From the NCBI GenBank assembly GCA_951406725.2, contig OX597815.1, positions 168,826,001-168,890,000 of the forward strand: 64,000 nt of DNA, written 5' to 3'. Position numbers and translations under genes: made by a program. Position 1 is the first letter of the stretch, and each line of letters starts with the position of its first letter. A model generated the notes under the pieces. The model was not told the origin of the DNA, ran no database searches, and saw nothing but the letters and a program-made list of their open reading frames with translations. Below, in pieces: positions 14,230-27,000 of this stretch. Origin of the DNA: Octopus vulgaris (lineage: Eukaryota).

Positions 14230-14830
14230 CCTCATACATAACCTTCAGAAAAATAGATATTTAAAAAAAAATTCTGCAAACACCTTTCAAATATTGTAGA
14301 TTCTGATTTGTTGTGAAAAATTTTGTTCAGAAGTGGGGAAGGAGTTTTGAATAATTTATATAAATCGACTTTGTTTCCTCATAACTTTTAGCAAAAATTA
14401 GTACTTTTTAATAAAATTCAGAAAGTATACATTATAATTATATCAGAATTTCATGTGAAAAAAAAAAAAAAAATGGTGGATAAGCACACACATACATACC
14501 AACACATCACATAATTTCAAATTTCATTTTGTAAATATATATGTGATGTGTGTATGTGTCCACTAATTTTGTTTCTTTTTATCTTATTAAATTTCAATGT
14601 AATCCTAATGGTATTTGCTGAAAATTTCATTAGAAAAAAAATACACGTTTTTTTCTGAAAGTTATGAGGAAACAAAGCTGACTCATGTAAATTATTCAGA
14701 GTTCGCCCGACTACTCCCCAAAAAACTTTTCACAACAAATTCCATTATAATCAGGATCTACATCATCTGAAAAGTATTTGTAAAAACTTTTATTTAAAAA
14801 TATCCATTTTTCAGAAAGTCATGAGGAAAG
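14230..14830. mobile_element. Old foldback/MITE with long imperfect inverted arms, in intron 1 of the dae4-like gene
   Basis: ACCTTCAGAAAAATAGATAT pairs with ATATCCATTTTTCAGAAAGT, TTTGTTGTGAAAA with TTTTCACAACAAA, and TTTGTTTCCTCATAACTTT with AAAGTTATGAGGAAACAAA. Confidence 0.65.
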
Positions 14831-15742
14831 AAAGTTGGAGAGGGCACAATTCTATAGGTATGCCCTAAAGACAGTCATGAATGCCACTGTGAAGTCTGAT
14901 GCATGTGAAAGAAATTTTTATAGAAGTTACAGCCAGATAAGAACTGGATGTAACCCTCAAAGACTAGGAACTTATGAAGTTAAACATCTTGATGCTTCCA
15001 ATCTGCTACTGACAAAGGGCTTTTTGCCCAAAACATTGAAACTCTTGCCTTCTTGTTTCCCCATGACATATGAATTTATCCAAATTTTTGAAATTCATTA
15101 AATATTTGCTGACACAGACCATCACTAGTTTCCTCAATTTCTGGTTTTTATTTAATTTTCTATTTTTTTATCAATGTCAATGAAATAAGTACCAGTAATA
15201 TACAGGAGTAGATTCCAACCCAATGGCTATATTTATTCCACTCACAGAAAATAAAAATGAAAATGTAAAAAAAGTGCATCTCCATGGTCACCCAACATGC
15301 TAGAAAAAATAACAGCAAAATCTCCCTCAACTGTCTTAAAAAGGGATTGATTAGCGTCATCCAGGTTCATTATGCCTGTGACAAGTCAGTAAGGTCATGA
15401 CTGGAATGCCTTTCAACACAAGTCAATCAGAACCAACTTGGGACCAAATAACAGAAAGGGGTTTTATGTCACAGCAAAAGAAAATATTCTCGTAGTCCTG
15501 TGCCAAGACTAAAAGTCATCATCATCATCATCATCCTCTTCACTACCACCACCACAATCTTTCCAGTCATTGAGAGAGAGACAATGTGAGAAACACTTGA
15601 CACTTCCTATTTCATTGGACAAGATACTTAACTCCACTTGCTAACAGTCTTAATTCCTATTTAGAGAATCAAGCATCAAAATATTTTTCATCATTATATT
15701 GCAATAATTTACATACAAATTTTTTTTTTTTAATTTTTACAG

Positions 15743-16265
15743 CTACCACTACCACAGTTCCAGTCACTAAAGAAGTTCTACCCAGGGTATAAACAGTATG
15801 GTGGAGAATTCAACAAGCTCCATCTATTTACGCTGATAGGATGTAATGAATCTTGCCAGAATAAAGTTTTGCACGACTCGAGTGCGTTACGCTTATCCTA
15901 TGCACTCAATAAGGTTGGTGGAGTCCACTCCTTGGGAAAAACACTTATTCGATTATCCACAAAAGGTGAGGACAGTGTGAGCGGCACAGATAATAACCAG
16001 TATATCTTTCACCCCATTGCTTATGGACCATATTTAGCAGACAAATATGGTTACCCAAATGTTTCAAAGTTACATGCTACAGATCCCATACAGACAATGA
16101 AGAAATTCTATGGAAAACAGGGAATAATACGGATAATAACATATGTCAAGCAAAACAATATGCCTAAAGGACATGTTGCATTGTGGGATTGTACACATTT
16201 CCACCAATCAAAAAACTGGTTGGTCAGTCATGAATTATTTACATTGGAATTCTGGGAATCTCCAG
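15743..16265 (+). CDS. dae4: Exon 2 of dae4-like gene: Tae4-family (T6SS peptidoglycan amidase effector, NlpC/P60-like fold) domain
   Basis: A poly-T tract and TTTTACAG acceptor precede 523 nt of open frame, which ends at donor CCAG|GTAAGA. The translation LPLPQFQSLKKFYP...HDSSALRLSYALN...SVSGTDNNQYIFHP...FYGKQGIIRI...KGHVALWD...LEFWESP has, in order, counterparts of the Tae4 motifs as recalled: RPxF, NACPIRMSYVLN, TVTGSDKKRYMFRV, FAGKQGII, TGHVTLWNG and FWSL. Confidence 0.9.
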
Positions 16266-18210
16266 GTAAGATATAAAATGTTTATACTTAGTTTACAATT
16301 TTTAATACATCACAATTGGTTGTTTAGCTTACTAGAACTAGTAGCTAAATCACCCTCAAATCTCACACTACCATCTTTAAAAAAAAAAAACAGAAGACAT
16401 ATTAGGTATTATGGGACTAGATAAACTTTGACTGAGAAAAATGATGAAGTGGTTGTGGTTGGAACACCAAAGATCAAATGTGTGATTGATCAAGGCAGAT
16501 GTAGAACTAAATAACAATCCCAATAATCCCTTTAGGGAGATGGAATAATAGAGGCCTTAAAATATTTAATTACACCTGTACCAGATTCAAACTTGATTTT
16601 CATTAATCTGGGACATCAATAAAATAAGTTCTACTCATTGTTTAGTCTCAGGTTAATCCAGGCCTTTTGATCTAAGGCATTCCTAAAGTGACTAAGTGTA
16701 TCTAGGGATACACTTATCTAATGTTCTTTTTCATTTTTAAGATGCAAGGGAAATTTTGCTATTTTTTTAAAAGTATTGATGATATATTTGCTGTTGTTTC
16801 AATTAACAACTATCATTTGTAACATCATTTTTATGCTAAATCGAAATAAATTACTTAGAGAAAATGAACTTTACTTTTAACTTTTAAGAAAGAGAATAAA
16901 TATCAACATCATTTCATAGCATGTAGTTTTGTTAAAAAAATAAAGGCCACCAACCTACGAAAACCATTTCTAAAGAATATATGTCCCATACCAATTCCAC
17001 CAAGAAATTTTCCCTTATTGTTTGACTCTGTTTGCAACAGAAACAGCTTTGTTTCTGAGTTGTAGAAGTTATAGTTAGGTTTAAAACACATCAAATGTTA
17101 AATTATCATATTAACAGAATTTGGTATATTTCTATATTTCCTTAACCCTTCAGTATTTGAAAGGGCCACACCAAACCAAAATATTCTCCTGGTTTTATAT
17201 TCAAACCAGCCAAATCCAGCTTCTCACACCTATCTTACAATGTCATTCTGAAAATAAACACTCACACCATCAAAATCTCAAAGCTGTTAGATAATGTATG
17301 ATTAATTCAAATCAATTTGAATAAATGAAGAATTATATTTAACAGAATAATCTGTATGCTAAAAAGTTTAGATTAACAAAGCGAAAGGGAATATTTGTTA
17401 TCCAAATACATCTCTGTACCTAAGACCATTGATTTAATTAGCAGTGGCAAGCTAAAATGTATGCCACACAGGGCTGTCCTCAAGTTTGCTGACTGCAGCA
17501 GGCCCAAATGTGCAGCCATCCCCCACCTTGAAGTGTTGCTTAGTGCAGACTGCCCTCATCACCTGAACTTCCTCAGATACACTACTGCCTGAAAGTATGA
17601 AAAGTAACCTTGAATCTGAGAAGATTCAATCTCTAAAACATGAGCACAAACCCAAGATATCCAAAATCATTTAGGCTCTTGATATTTTGCATTATTTTTC
17701 ACAGCCTGGTCATTGGACTCCAAATAATCCAAGCATTCATCATCATCATTTAACATCTGTTTTCCATGCTGCCATGGGTTGTACAGTTTGACAGGAGCTG
17801 ACCAGGGCTGTTCAGACTTTCATGTCCATTTTGGCATGGTTTCTACAGTTGGATGCCCTTCCTAACACCAATGAAATACATTGTGTTTGAGTAATTCTGA
17901 GCAATTCAAACATATAAGATTGTTTTATTTAAACCACCCATATCTAATCCAAATATTCTGTCTACCTGTTTTATATTTGAATTAACCAGATCCAGCTTTT
18001 CACACCCGCCCAACAATGCCATTCTATAAATAAACTATCGCATCATCATAATCTCAAAGATACAAGATAGTTCATGATTAATTCAAAACAATGTGAATAA
18101 ATAAGCAATACATTTGACAGAGTAATCTAAATGCTAAAGAGTTAAAATAAATTCAGATCTTCTGTAATTTCAATTGTCATAATGTAATTTTGGTTTCCAT
18201 TTCTTTATAG

Positions 18211-18419
18211 ACTCCAGCTGCAAACTGACAGATAATTATCAATGGCAAGATTACTATCAGAAAGCAGATCCAGCTGATATTGGCAGAAAAAGTTCCAAAT
18301 CTTTAAGACACAAAGCCCATAATAGACACAAAGGAAGCCAACGCTACCAACATCTTCTACGACTAGTTAAGAGTAAGCAACGGCCAAAGAAAAAGCACCA
18401 CCAAACATTAGGAAGCTGA
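18211..18419 (+). CDS. dae4: Exon 3 (coding part) of dae4-like gene: linker plus cationic C-terminal tail, stop TGA at 18417-18419
   Basis: The acceptor TTTCCATTTCTTTATAG is phase-1 compatible with exon 2 (G+AC = Asp). The frame reads DSSCKLTDNYQWQDYYQKADPADIGRKSSKSLRHKAHNRHKGSQRYQHLLRLVKSKQRPKKKHHQTLGS*. Confidence 0.8.
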
Positions 18420-19110
18420 GTTGGAGAAGATAAGTTTAAAAAATTGGCAGAAATCCATGACAAAAGTATTTCAACAACTGCAGCAATGTTACTTGAGCTT
18501 TATGAATGCAGAATACCCAAATGTGCCATGAAACTACTAAATAGTAGATATTGTTTCAAATTAATGTTCATTTTATTAAGATGATTAGATTAATATCAAA
18601 TAAAGAAAACCATAAATCTGCTAAATACATTGAAAGAGATAACACTTTAAAAGTTTATGACAATCTTGAGTTTGTATAAAATATAATGGCTTGGTCACAT
18701 GTTGAGAGGTCATTTTTTTTTTTTTGGTTATAATATGCTTTTGTCATCAATGGTTACTAAGAAACAACTAAGATGTTTCCATACCAAACATTTTGGGGAA
18801 ACCAACATAGGGAATATGTTTCCTGCATAACAGGGGGTCTTGCTGCAAGTTACTGTGGTAAAAGCTACAGAAGAAATACGTAAATGACATCCTTGGGTTC
18901 AGTGGCTGAACTGGCATTTAAAATTGATAATCATGTCAAACGTATATTAAGGATGGATAAAGATGTGATCAGGTATGTCCATGAGTCACCAAAGGACTGG
19001 CTATCTAAAGATTATCAATAACCTTTGCAGCTATGAATGCAATAAAGAAAATACCCTTGTGGTAAATGTTTTCTATTTGTAATATAATAAAGCTGTTCAT
19101 AAAATATGAA
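18420..19110 (+). promoter_or_regulatory. Probable 3' UTR of the dae4-like gene with polyadenylation signals
   Basis: Repeat-free stretch after the stop codon. AATAAA occurs at 18599-18604, 19041-19046 and 19086-19091, and SINE sequence resumes at about 19160. Confidence 0.5.
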
Positions 19111-22100
19111 TGTAAGTTCTTATTTCTTTAAATATTTTTGTTCACCCTGGATTATCTGTTTCTTTATTACCCACAAGGGGCTAAACATAGAGGGGACAAA
19201 CGGCTTAAGTCAATTACATCGACCCCAGTGCGTAACTGGTACTTAATTTATCGACCCCAAAAGGATGAAAGGCAAAGTCGACCTCGGCGGAATTTGAACT
19301 CAGAACATAACGGCAGACGAAATATGGCTACGCATTTCGCCTGGCATACTAACGGTTCTGCCAGCTCGCCGCCTTTCACCCTGGATTATCATTATTGGTT
19401 TAATGTTCACTTTTCCATGCTTGAATGAGTCAGACAGAATTTACTGAGATGGGTTATTTTTTACAGTCAGATGCCCTCCTTGTTGCCAATCCTCACATGT
19501 TTACAAGGGAGATTGGAAATGGATCTCACTTATGTAACATGTGGTTACAACTATCTCATGATGCTAACTAGGACAAGGAGACAGTAACACACACACATCA
19601 TCATCATCGTCGTCATTTAACGTCCGTTCTCCATGCTAGCATGGGTTGGACAGTTCGACCGGGGATCTGGGAAGCCAGAAGGCTGCACCAGGCTCCAGTC
19701 TGATCTGGCAGTGTTTCTACAGCTGGATGCCCTTCCTAATGCCAACCACTCCGAGAGTGTAGTGGGTGCTTTTTACGTGCCACCAGCACAGGTGCCAGGC
19801 AAGGCTGGCAACGGCCACGATCGGATTGGTGCTTTTTATGTGCAACCGGCATGGAAGCCAGTCTAGGTGGCGCTGGCATCAGCCACGTTCGGATGGTGTT
19901 TTTTACGTGCCACTGGCACGGAAGCCAATCTAGGCATCGCCCATGATACATATATAAATGTATGAGTGGGTTCCATTCCATTTACCAAATTTCACTCAGA
20001 AGGCATTGGTCAGTCAAATGCTTCAGTAGAAAGCACTCAAAGTGTAACACTGAAATTGAACTCAAGACCACACGACTGTTTAGTGAACTTCTTAATCATA
20101 CTACTTCTTCCTACCTATCTACCAAAACCCGTGCATGTGTCCCAACATACCCATGTCGGTCTCTACCCATAGCTATGCTTGTACCTAACACACAGTCATG
20201 CCTGCATAAAATACATAAAAACACTTAATACAACAAAGATAATAAAACAAAACATCAAAGGTACCCAAGGTATGCTGAGCTGCACCCGATTTTGCAGTGA
20301 AAGTACAGTGACAAAATAGACATATGAGAGTTGACTTGTTTGTCAAGTACAATTGGAAACTAACTAAATAACCCCAAAAAGCAGAAAGGAAAAAAAGTAA
20401 TAAAAAAAACTGCCGATAAACTAATGCAATAAAAACAGATTAATATATTAAGAAAATATATTAGCTGTGTCTATGTTTTGCAAGTAGCAACTAGATATAA
20501 CATTTTTATGAAAGAAAATCATAGCCTCATTTAGTTATGTTAAATTTCTTTTTCTATAAAAGTTTTTTTTTTCTTCTTCGTTTTACTATATCTTCACTGT
20601 GGTTCATTTATGCTAGTTACTATTTAAATCTAATGTCGGCTTCTGAATTCAAACCCTATTCTACATGTGTGTGTGATTATGAACATAGAATTTAGAATTT
20701 GATAAATTACAAGGGTTAATAGCTAACCAAATCCTTAAGGAACTGTATGTACGTAGTTATGTCTGTATGTATGTATCATCATTATCTTTTAACGTCCATC
20801 TCCCATGCTCATATGGGTTGGACAGTTCAATTGGAGCCAACACGGTCTGAGCAAGGCATTGTGCTTCAATATGTGTGTGTGTGTGTGCAAGTATATACAT
20901 ATGTGTATGTGTGCATATGTAAATATATACATGTGTGTGTTTATAGACAAATTTAGAGAGAGAATAAGTGAGTCAGTTTATTTTTCCTCAACATTACTGC
21001 CTATACAATAAAGAAAGTACATTTAACAATACTGCTATCACTAGATTAATTATGTAGCTGATCATCTAATTAGCTCAGCGGTTCTCATACTGACAATTAT
21101 CAAACCTCCTACCAAAAACAAAATAATGTGTACCAGTGGAATTTTTTACTGCCTTCCTCTTTATTAATGAGAACACAAAAGAGTCGGCATTCACATACGT
21201 CTTGTTTTCTCTGCTGCATTGTTGGTTTAAAAAGTTTAAAACTATCTAAATTATATTTAACATGGCAAATTCTTTGTCCTCTTTTTTCATCTTCACAGCA
21301 CCTCTCATGGAGAGAGGGTGAAAAAGCTAGGTTCTCCTATGAGAAACACTGACCTAGATGATCTAATTAGTGCTGGGGTTGTTGCACAAGCATAGTTAAA
21401 AGAGTAAGGGAAAAGGAGGAAGGAGGAGTGCTACAAACAAAGGGTTTCTTTCTTCAAGTGAAAAGTAGATTGTAAGAAGTATGATGTTGCAGACTAAGTG
21501 TGGAAGATCTGTGTAAGCTGGAGAGAAATAAAGCAAACATGATCCACTGGGAAAGTAATAAGAGACACAATATAATGAATGCTAGAAAGAAAATTTTGAG
21601 GGTCAAATCTTTGATACAGGGCCTCATGAATTTGAGATGGGTAATATACAGTACCTTAATAGAACCAGACAGTCAATACTAAAATGGAAAAAAATACTTC
21701 AAAGTACTAAATGATGACAACAATGATGCTTTGATTTCTTATCACCATCACCTTTATCCCTCTTTCAGACACCACGCCATTCAAAGTGGGGGAGCCCTGA
21801 ATTCCTACTCAACCCACTCGAATGTGCTCCTTATCACACTGCACCTCTTTCCCTTCTGTTTCTCTCTTTCGTAACAAACTCTGTTAGTCTCTCCCCTATC
21901 ACACTCTCAAAACAATAAACCTACTCCAATCATAATTTAGCATCTCTCACCTAGTCACATCCCACTCTCTCTCTCTCTCTCTCATTCTCCCACTTAGTCA
22001 TGGGGAACCCTTCATCTTGTGAGTTGTAAAGGTGACCTCACTAGTGCTGGTGATGCAAGAAAAAAAGTACCAAGTACACTCAGAAGAGTACTGTAAATCA

Positions 22101-22512
22101 AGCAGAGACAAAACATGATTGAGATGATTCTTTAGTCCTGCCAATACCAAGACCTCTCAGTATTACTGGTGCACCCTGTACATTCTGTAAAGTAGTTTGC
22201 ATTAGGAAGAGCATCCAGCCTTTGAAACCATACAGAAAATTGAGGCCCTGGAGCAAAGCACTGTCATTCTTTACCCACTGGATCCTGTTGTAATGCCCAT
22301 CTCATGCCAGGATAAGCACTCTACACTTAACCATTATCAGGGGTGCATTGAATTGTTCTCAAGGAGCAGGTTGATGCCTTACAACGCTTTTTTTTTCAAA
22401 TTAACTATGAGACCAAATATGTTTTATGAAAAATCAAATGAACTAATTAGGTTCTGAAAACCTTGATCAGTGAGACTTACTAAGTCATAATCATCCACAT
22501 ATAAAAGATTTT

Positions 22513-22906
22513 GGATCTTTTCGGTGTGAACGACAGTTTTTTCTAGCGGTGTCATATGAAATTGTCACCCATAATTATGACCCTAGTATCTATCTATTGT
22601 ATTTCAATCTGTTTTAGGGTTAGGGGTGGGGAGAAGGGTATCTTCTTTTCTTCACAAATGTAAATAAACCCAATCTGTTTCTTAAACGAGGGACATATTC
22701 ATACGGCACAGAATGTTTTTTAACTCAATAGACGTCAGTGATTGGCTGAAATTGCAGAAACTGAAGGAAAAAAACAACAAATATCTTACAAACTATAGAA
22801 TTTTCTCAAGATGTTTTATAAACACATTCTACCAGTATACGAAGTTAAAAATTTTGTAGTTACCTAGAAATTATGTTAAAAACTGCCGTTCAAACCGAAA
22901 AGATCC
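22513..22906. mobile_element. Non-autonomous TIR DNA transposon with an 8-bp TSD; second copy at 8243-8646
   Basis: TIRs GGATCTTTTCGGTGTGAACGACAGTTTT / AAAACTGCCGTTCAAACCGAAAAGATCC. The flanks are AAGATTTT and AAGATTTC, and there are internal TTAGGG units. Confidence 0.85.
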
Positions 22907-23368
22907 AAGATTTCTTCAGGTGGTATAACATTAGTTAATGTACAACACAGCATCCCTCTGTTGTACATCAATTAATGTGATATCGCCTGAAGAAATGAAT
23001 CAATGATGATGATCAACCGGATGCCCACCGAATACTACAGACTACACTGTAATCATCCCAGGAATACGGACCATGATCTTAAGAGTCATGTGCCTTGTGG
23101 AAACACACGTGGCAATGCATTAAATGTTTATAAATTCCATCCAAGGATTATTGTTATTATTATACACACAGACACACACACAGAAACTTACATATAAATA
23201 AATTTTATATATATAGGTGTAGGAGTGGCTGTGTGGTAAGTAGCTTGCTTACCAACCACATGGTTCTGGGTTCAGTCCCACTGCGTGGCACCTTGGGCAA
23301 GTGTCTTCTACTATAGTCTAGGGCTGACCAAAGTGGATTTGGTAGATGGAAACTGAAAGAAGCCCATC

Positions 23369-23428
<60 letters not shown>

Positions 23429-24127
23429 ATGTTGGTATGTCAGTGTTTGTCACCTCCAACATCGCTTGACAACAAGTGTTGGTGTGTTTACATCCCCACA
23501 ACTTAACGACTCAGCAAAAGAGACCGACAGAATAAGTACTAGGCTCACGAAGAATAAGTGCTGGGGTCGGTTTGCTTCACTAAAGACGGTGCTCCAGCAT
23601 GGCCACAGTCAACCGACTGAAACAAGTAATAGAATACACATACATAAAAGCACATAAAAGAGAGGGAGAGAGAGAGTGTGTGAGCCAGCATACATAAATA
23701 CCCAGACACACAATACAAATAGTTAAGCAGAATGCTACCTGTCAGCAGTCAGGTCTGACCCTGGACTCTGTACCCAGTAGCTGGAATTCCTACACTCCAA
23801 CAACCATATCTAAAGCACAGGAATTCTTTCTGAATACACAGTGTAGATGGCTGCAGACACAATGGAATTTGGGTGGTAAACTGAAGGCCTTCAATAGCTA
23901 TTTCTTAATTTTTTTGCCTTTCTTGTTTATACATTGCCTTATGATTAATTTATCTCTAAGCTACTTGGGTAATTTTTCTCTTTTAATTTTCTCTTTTTTT
24001 TAAATTTCTCAGTTCTTTCAAAAAATTTTTAGGTACAAGTGTAGCTTTGTGGTAAGAAGTTTACTTCCAAATCACATGGTTCTTGGTTCTGTCCCATAGT
24101 ACAGCACCATGAATGTTTTCTAACATA

Positions 24128-24362
24128 TATTTCTTTATTGCCCACAAGGGGCTAAACATAGAGGGGACAAACAAGGACAGACAAACGGATTAAGTCGATT
24201 ACATCGACCCCCAGTGCGTAACTGGTACTTAATTTATCGACCCCGAAAGGTTGAAAGGCAAAGTCGACCTCGGCGGAATTTGAACTCAGAACGTAACGGC
24301 AGACGAAATACGGCTACGCATTTCTCCTGGCGTGCTAACGTTTCTGCCAGCTCGCCGCCTTA
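24128..24362 (-). mobile_element. tRNA-derived SINE family B. Copies at about 6482-6714, 13933-14165, 19160-19375, 31680-32280 (tandem cluster) and 33554-33790, among others
   Basis: Head AAGGCGGCGAGCTGGCAGAA...GAGTTCAAATTCC, core GTCGACTTTGCCTTTCATCCTTTCGGGGTCGATAAA and tail TGTGGGCAATAAAGAAAT. Confidence 0.9.
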
Positions 24363-26109
24363 TGTTTTCTAATATAGCCCTGGGCCAGCCAAAGCCTTGT
24401 GAGTGGATTTGATGGATGAAAACTGGAAGAGGCTCATCATACATACACACACAACACACATACACACACGTGTATATTTTAATGTGTCTGTATTTGTGTT
24501 CGTCCCCCCCACCACCACTTGACAACCAGTGCTGGTTTGTTTACATCCCCATAACTTAGCAGTTTGACAAAAAGTGACATATAGAATAAATACCAATAGT
24601 ACTGGGGCCAATTTATTCGACTAAACTATTCAAAGCAGTGCCCCAGTATGGCTGCAGTTTAATGACTGAAACGTAAAAGGTAAAAGATTAATCTTTCTTA
24701 ACTAGGTTTCTTTTATTACTCTGATTACTATGAAAATATTTGGAAGATTGTCATAAATGTAGGTTAGTTGGCTAAAATAGCTAAAACACTCTGTAACTAT
24801 TTAAGCTTTTAGTGTTCACATTAATCTGTCAAATGTAATGCTTATTTATTCACATTATTTTGAAATACTCAGGTTCAAGAGGGGTGTCCACAATATTTGC
24901 TTGTAACTTTGTTAATTTTTTACAAACAGATTTGAAATTTTGTCAGTGGGTGCTTATATACCAGTGGTTTATAGTTATGTAATTTTAACTGATCTTTCTG
25001 ATTAAATTTGACTTTTATGGGCAGGTAAATTTAATTAACAGGTGTAAAAGCAATAACATTATGGATAAACACTAAAATTGAAGTACAAGTGGAAAGATAT
25101 ATTTTTTCAACACATAAGTACTGATAGAACACCATATATAGGTTAGAATCCTTACAAAGCAGAAAAATCTGTTCTATCAGTACTTACACGTTGAAAAATC
25201 TGTTCTATCAGTACTTACACGTTGAAAAAAATATATCTTTCTACTTGTACTACAATATATTTCAGTGCTTCAAAAACAAACTTATGTTTGTTTACATAAA
25301 ACATACTAAAATTGAAATTCTTAATGCATCTTATCTGTTTGATTTGTTACTAAAATTATCCCAGATGTCAACCACCAACAATTTTGCCACTTTTCAAGAC
25401 GAGGTACATTAATTTTAATTATTAAAAATACAGGTATAATCAGTACAAGATTTTTTCTTTTTCTATATTTCATTCAAACATTTTGATTAAAAATAAAGTG
25501 CAGGAGTGGCTGTGTAGTAAGTAGCTTGCTTACCAACCACATGGTTCCAGGTTCAGTCCCACTGCGTGGCACCTTGGGCAAGTGTCTTCTGCTATAGTCT
25601 CGGGTCGACCAAAGCCTTGTGAGTGGATTTGGTAGAGGAAACTGAAAGAAGCCTGCCGTGTATATGTATATGTGTCTGTGTTTGTCCCCCCAACATCACT
25701 TGACAACCGATGCTGGTGTGTTTACGTCCCCGTAACTTAGTGGTTCGGCAAAAGAGACCGATAGAATAAGTACTAGGCTTACAAAGAATAAGTCCTGGGG
25801 TCGATTTGCTTAACTAAAGGTGGTGTTCCAGCATGGCCACAGTCAAATGACTGAAACAAGTAAAAGAGTAAAGAGAGAGTATAAAACTCTTTTACTAGTC
25901 AATATACATTGGCTATGTACTCTTATAAAATTTAATGAATACATTTATGTAACAGAATGCTTCTAATAAAAAAAGCTCATTAACAGGTGAGACAAAGGTG
26001 AATACAAGTGTGTAACATACTGAAAATTAATGTGTATTTCTCACATTCACATATTTGTAATAAAATAACATGGAAAATGATAGTATTACTAGTAAACAAG
26101 ATATAGTTA

Positions 26110-26600
26110 TGCCATATTTCTATTCTGAAACTGTCCAAAGCACCCTTTACACAAGGGCACTTTGCAAAATGAGCACATGTATGAGGTCCTGACCTGGTAT
26201 CCTTTTGTAGTCTTTTTTTTTTTTTTTCGCAGTGAAAACATAGTTTGCAAACTTTTTTCCTTCCATTAATTTTTTCCACTTCATGGAAGTCAATATTTTT
26301 TCTATTGACATCCACTTCAGTTAATTTTGCTTTTCTCCCAGTTCAGTGCTTTCTGGAAGAAAAGCCCTCACGTAACTAAGATGCAATATCAACCCAAAAT
26401 TTCAAATGAGTGTAGTCCTTTGGTGGCGGAGGTACCTTGTGGTTTTTTACATGATATATGAATTAAATGTAGTTAGACATATTACTGGAGATATATGGAT
26501 TACCATGCCTTGTATCAGGACTCCAGTAGTTCCACAGTCGAGGAAGCTGCATGATACCAAACATAATGTTTATAGTAAAAAAAGCTCACATTTCTGTAGT
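26110..26600 (-). mobile_element. Internally deleted piggyBac (PGBD4-like) transposase remnant
   Basis: The minus strand gives IMFGIMQLPRLWNYWSPDTRHGNPYISSNMS, like the piggyBac LP..DYWS block. It is joined to a C-terminal Cys-rich domain RKKVCKLC...GYQVRTSYMCSFCKVPLCKGCF across a frameshift. Confidence 0.7.
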
Positions 26601-27000
26601 ATCAATTGACTGCCGTAGTGGATCAGGTCTTCCACAAATAGAAATTATATATTGAGCATATCTATGTAGTAAGACATGATAAAACTATTTTTTTTTACTA
26701 GAGCACAAGTTAGTTGTTTGGACAAGCGCTAAACAGGTATGGTTGGCATTGTACAGATTCAAACAATAACTTCCGCCCAAGGCTAGAACACGCCTTCAAA
26801 CAGAAAGAGGATTCAGTTGCTGCTTTGTTGTAGAGTGTTGACGCTACTTTGGCCCACCCAGTAAAGTCAACACATGTTAACAATTGAATGATATAACCGC
26901 AGTTCCTGATTGCAACTCAAGGTAAGAGTAACTATATTTTTGTGCCTTTAAACTACTCTGCATTTTTTAAATCCACCCAATATAAACAAACGAAAGTGTA

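Noticed and set aside
15881-15883. A-to-I RNA editing restoring the catalytic Cys in the dae4-like transcript
   Set aside because: Editing AGT gives GGT (Gly), not TGT (Cys), so ADAR recoding cannot rescue the nucleophile.
15743-16276. Bacterial contamination, or a single-exon 135-aa ORF as listed in the track
   Set aside because: The frame extends upstream to a splice acceptor and ends at a splice donor. It is flanked by host repeats, with no operon or immunity gene.
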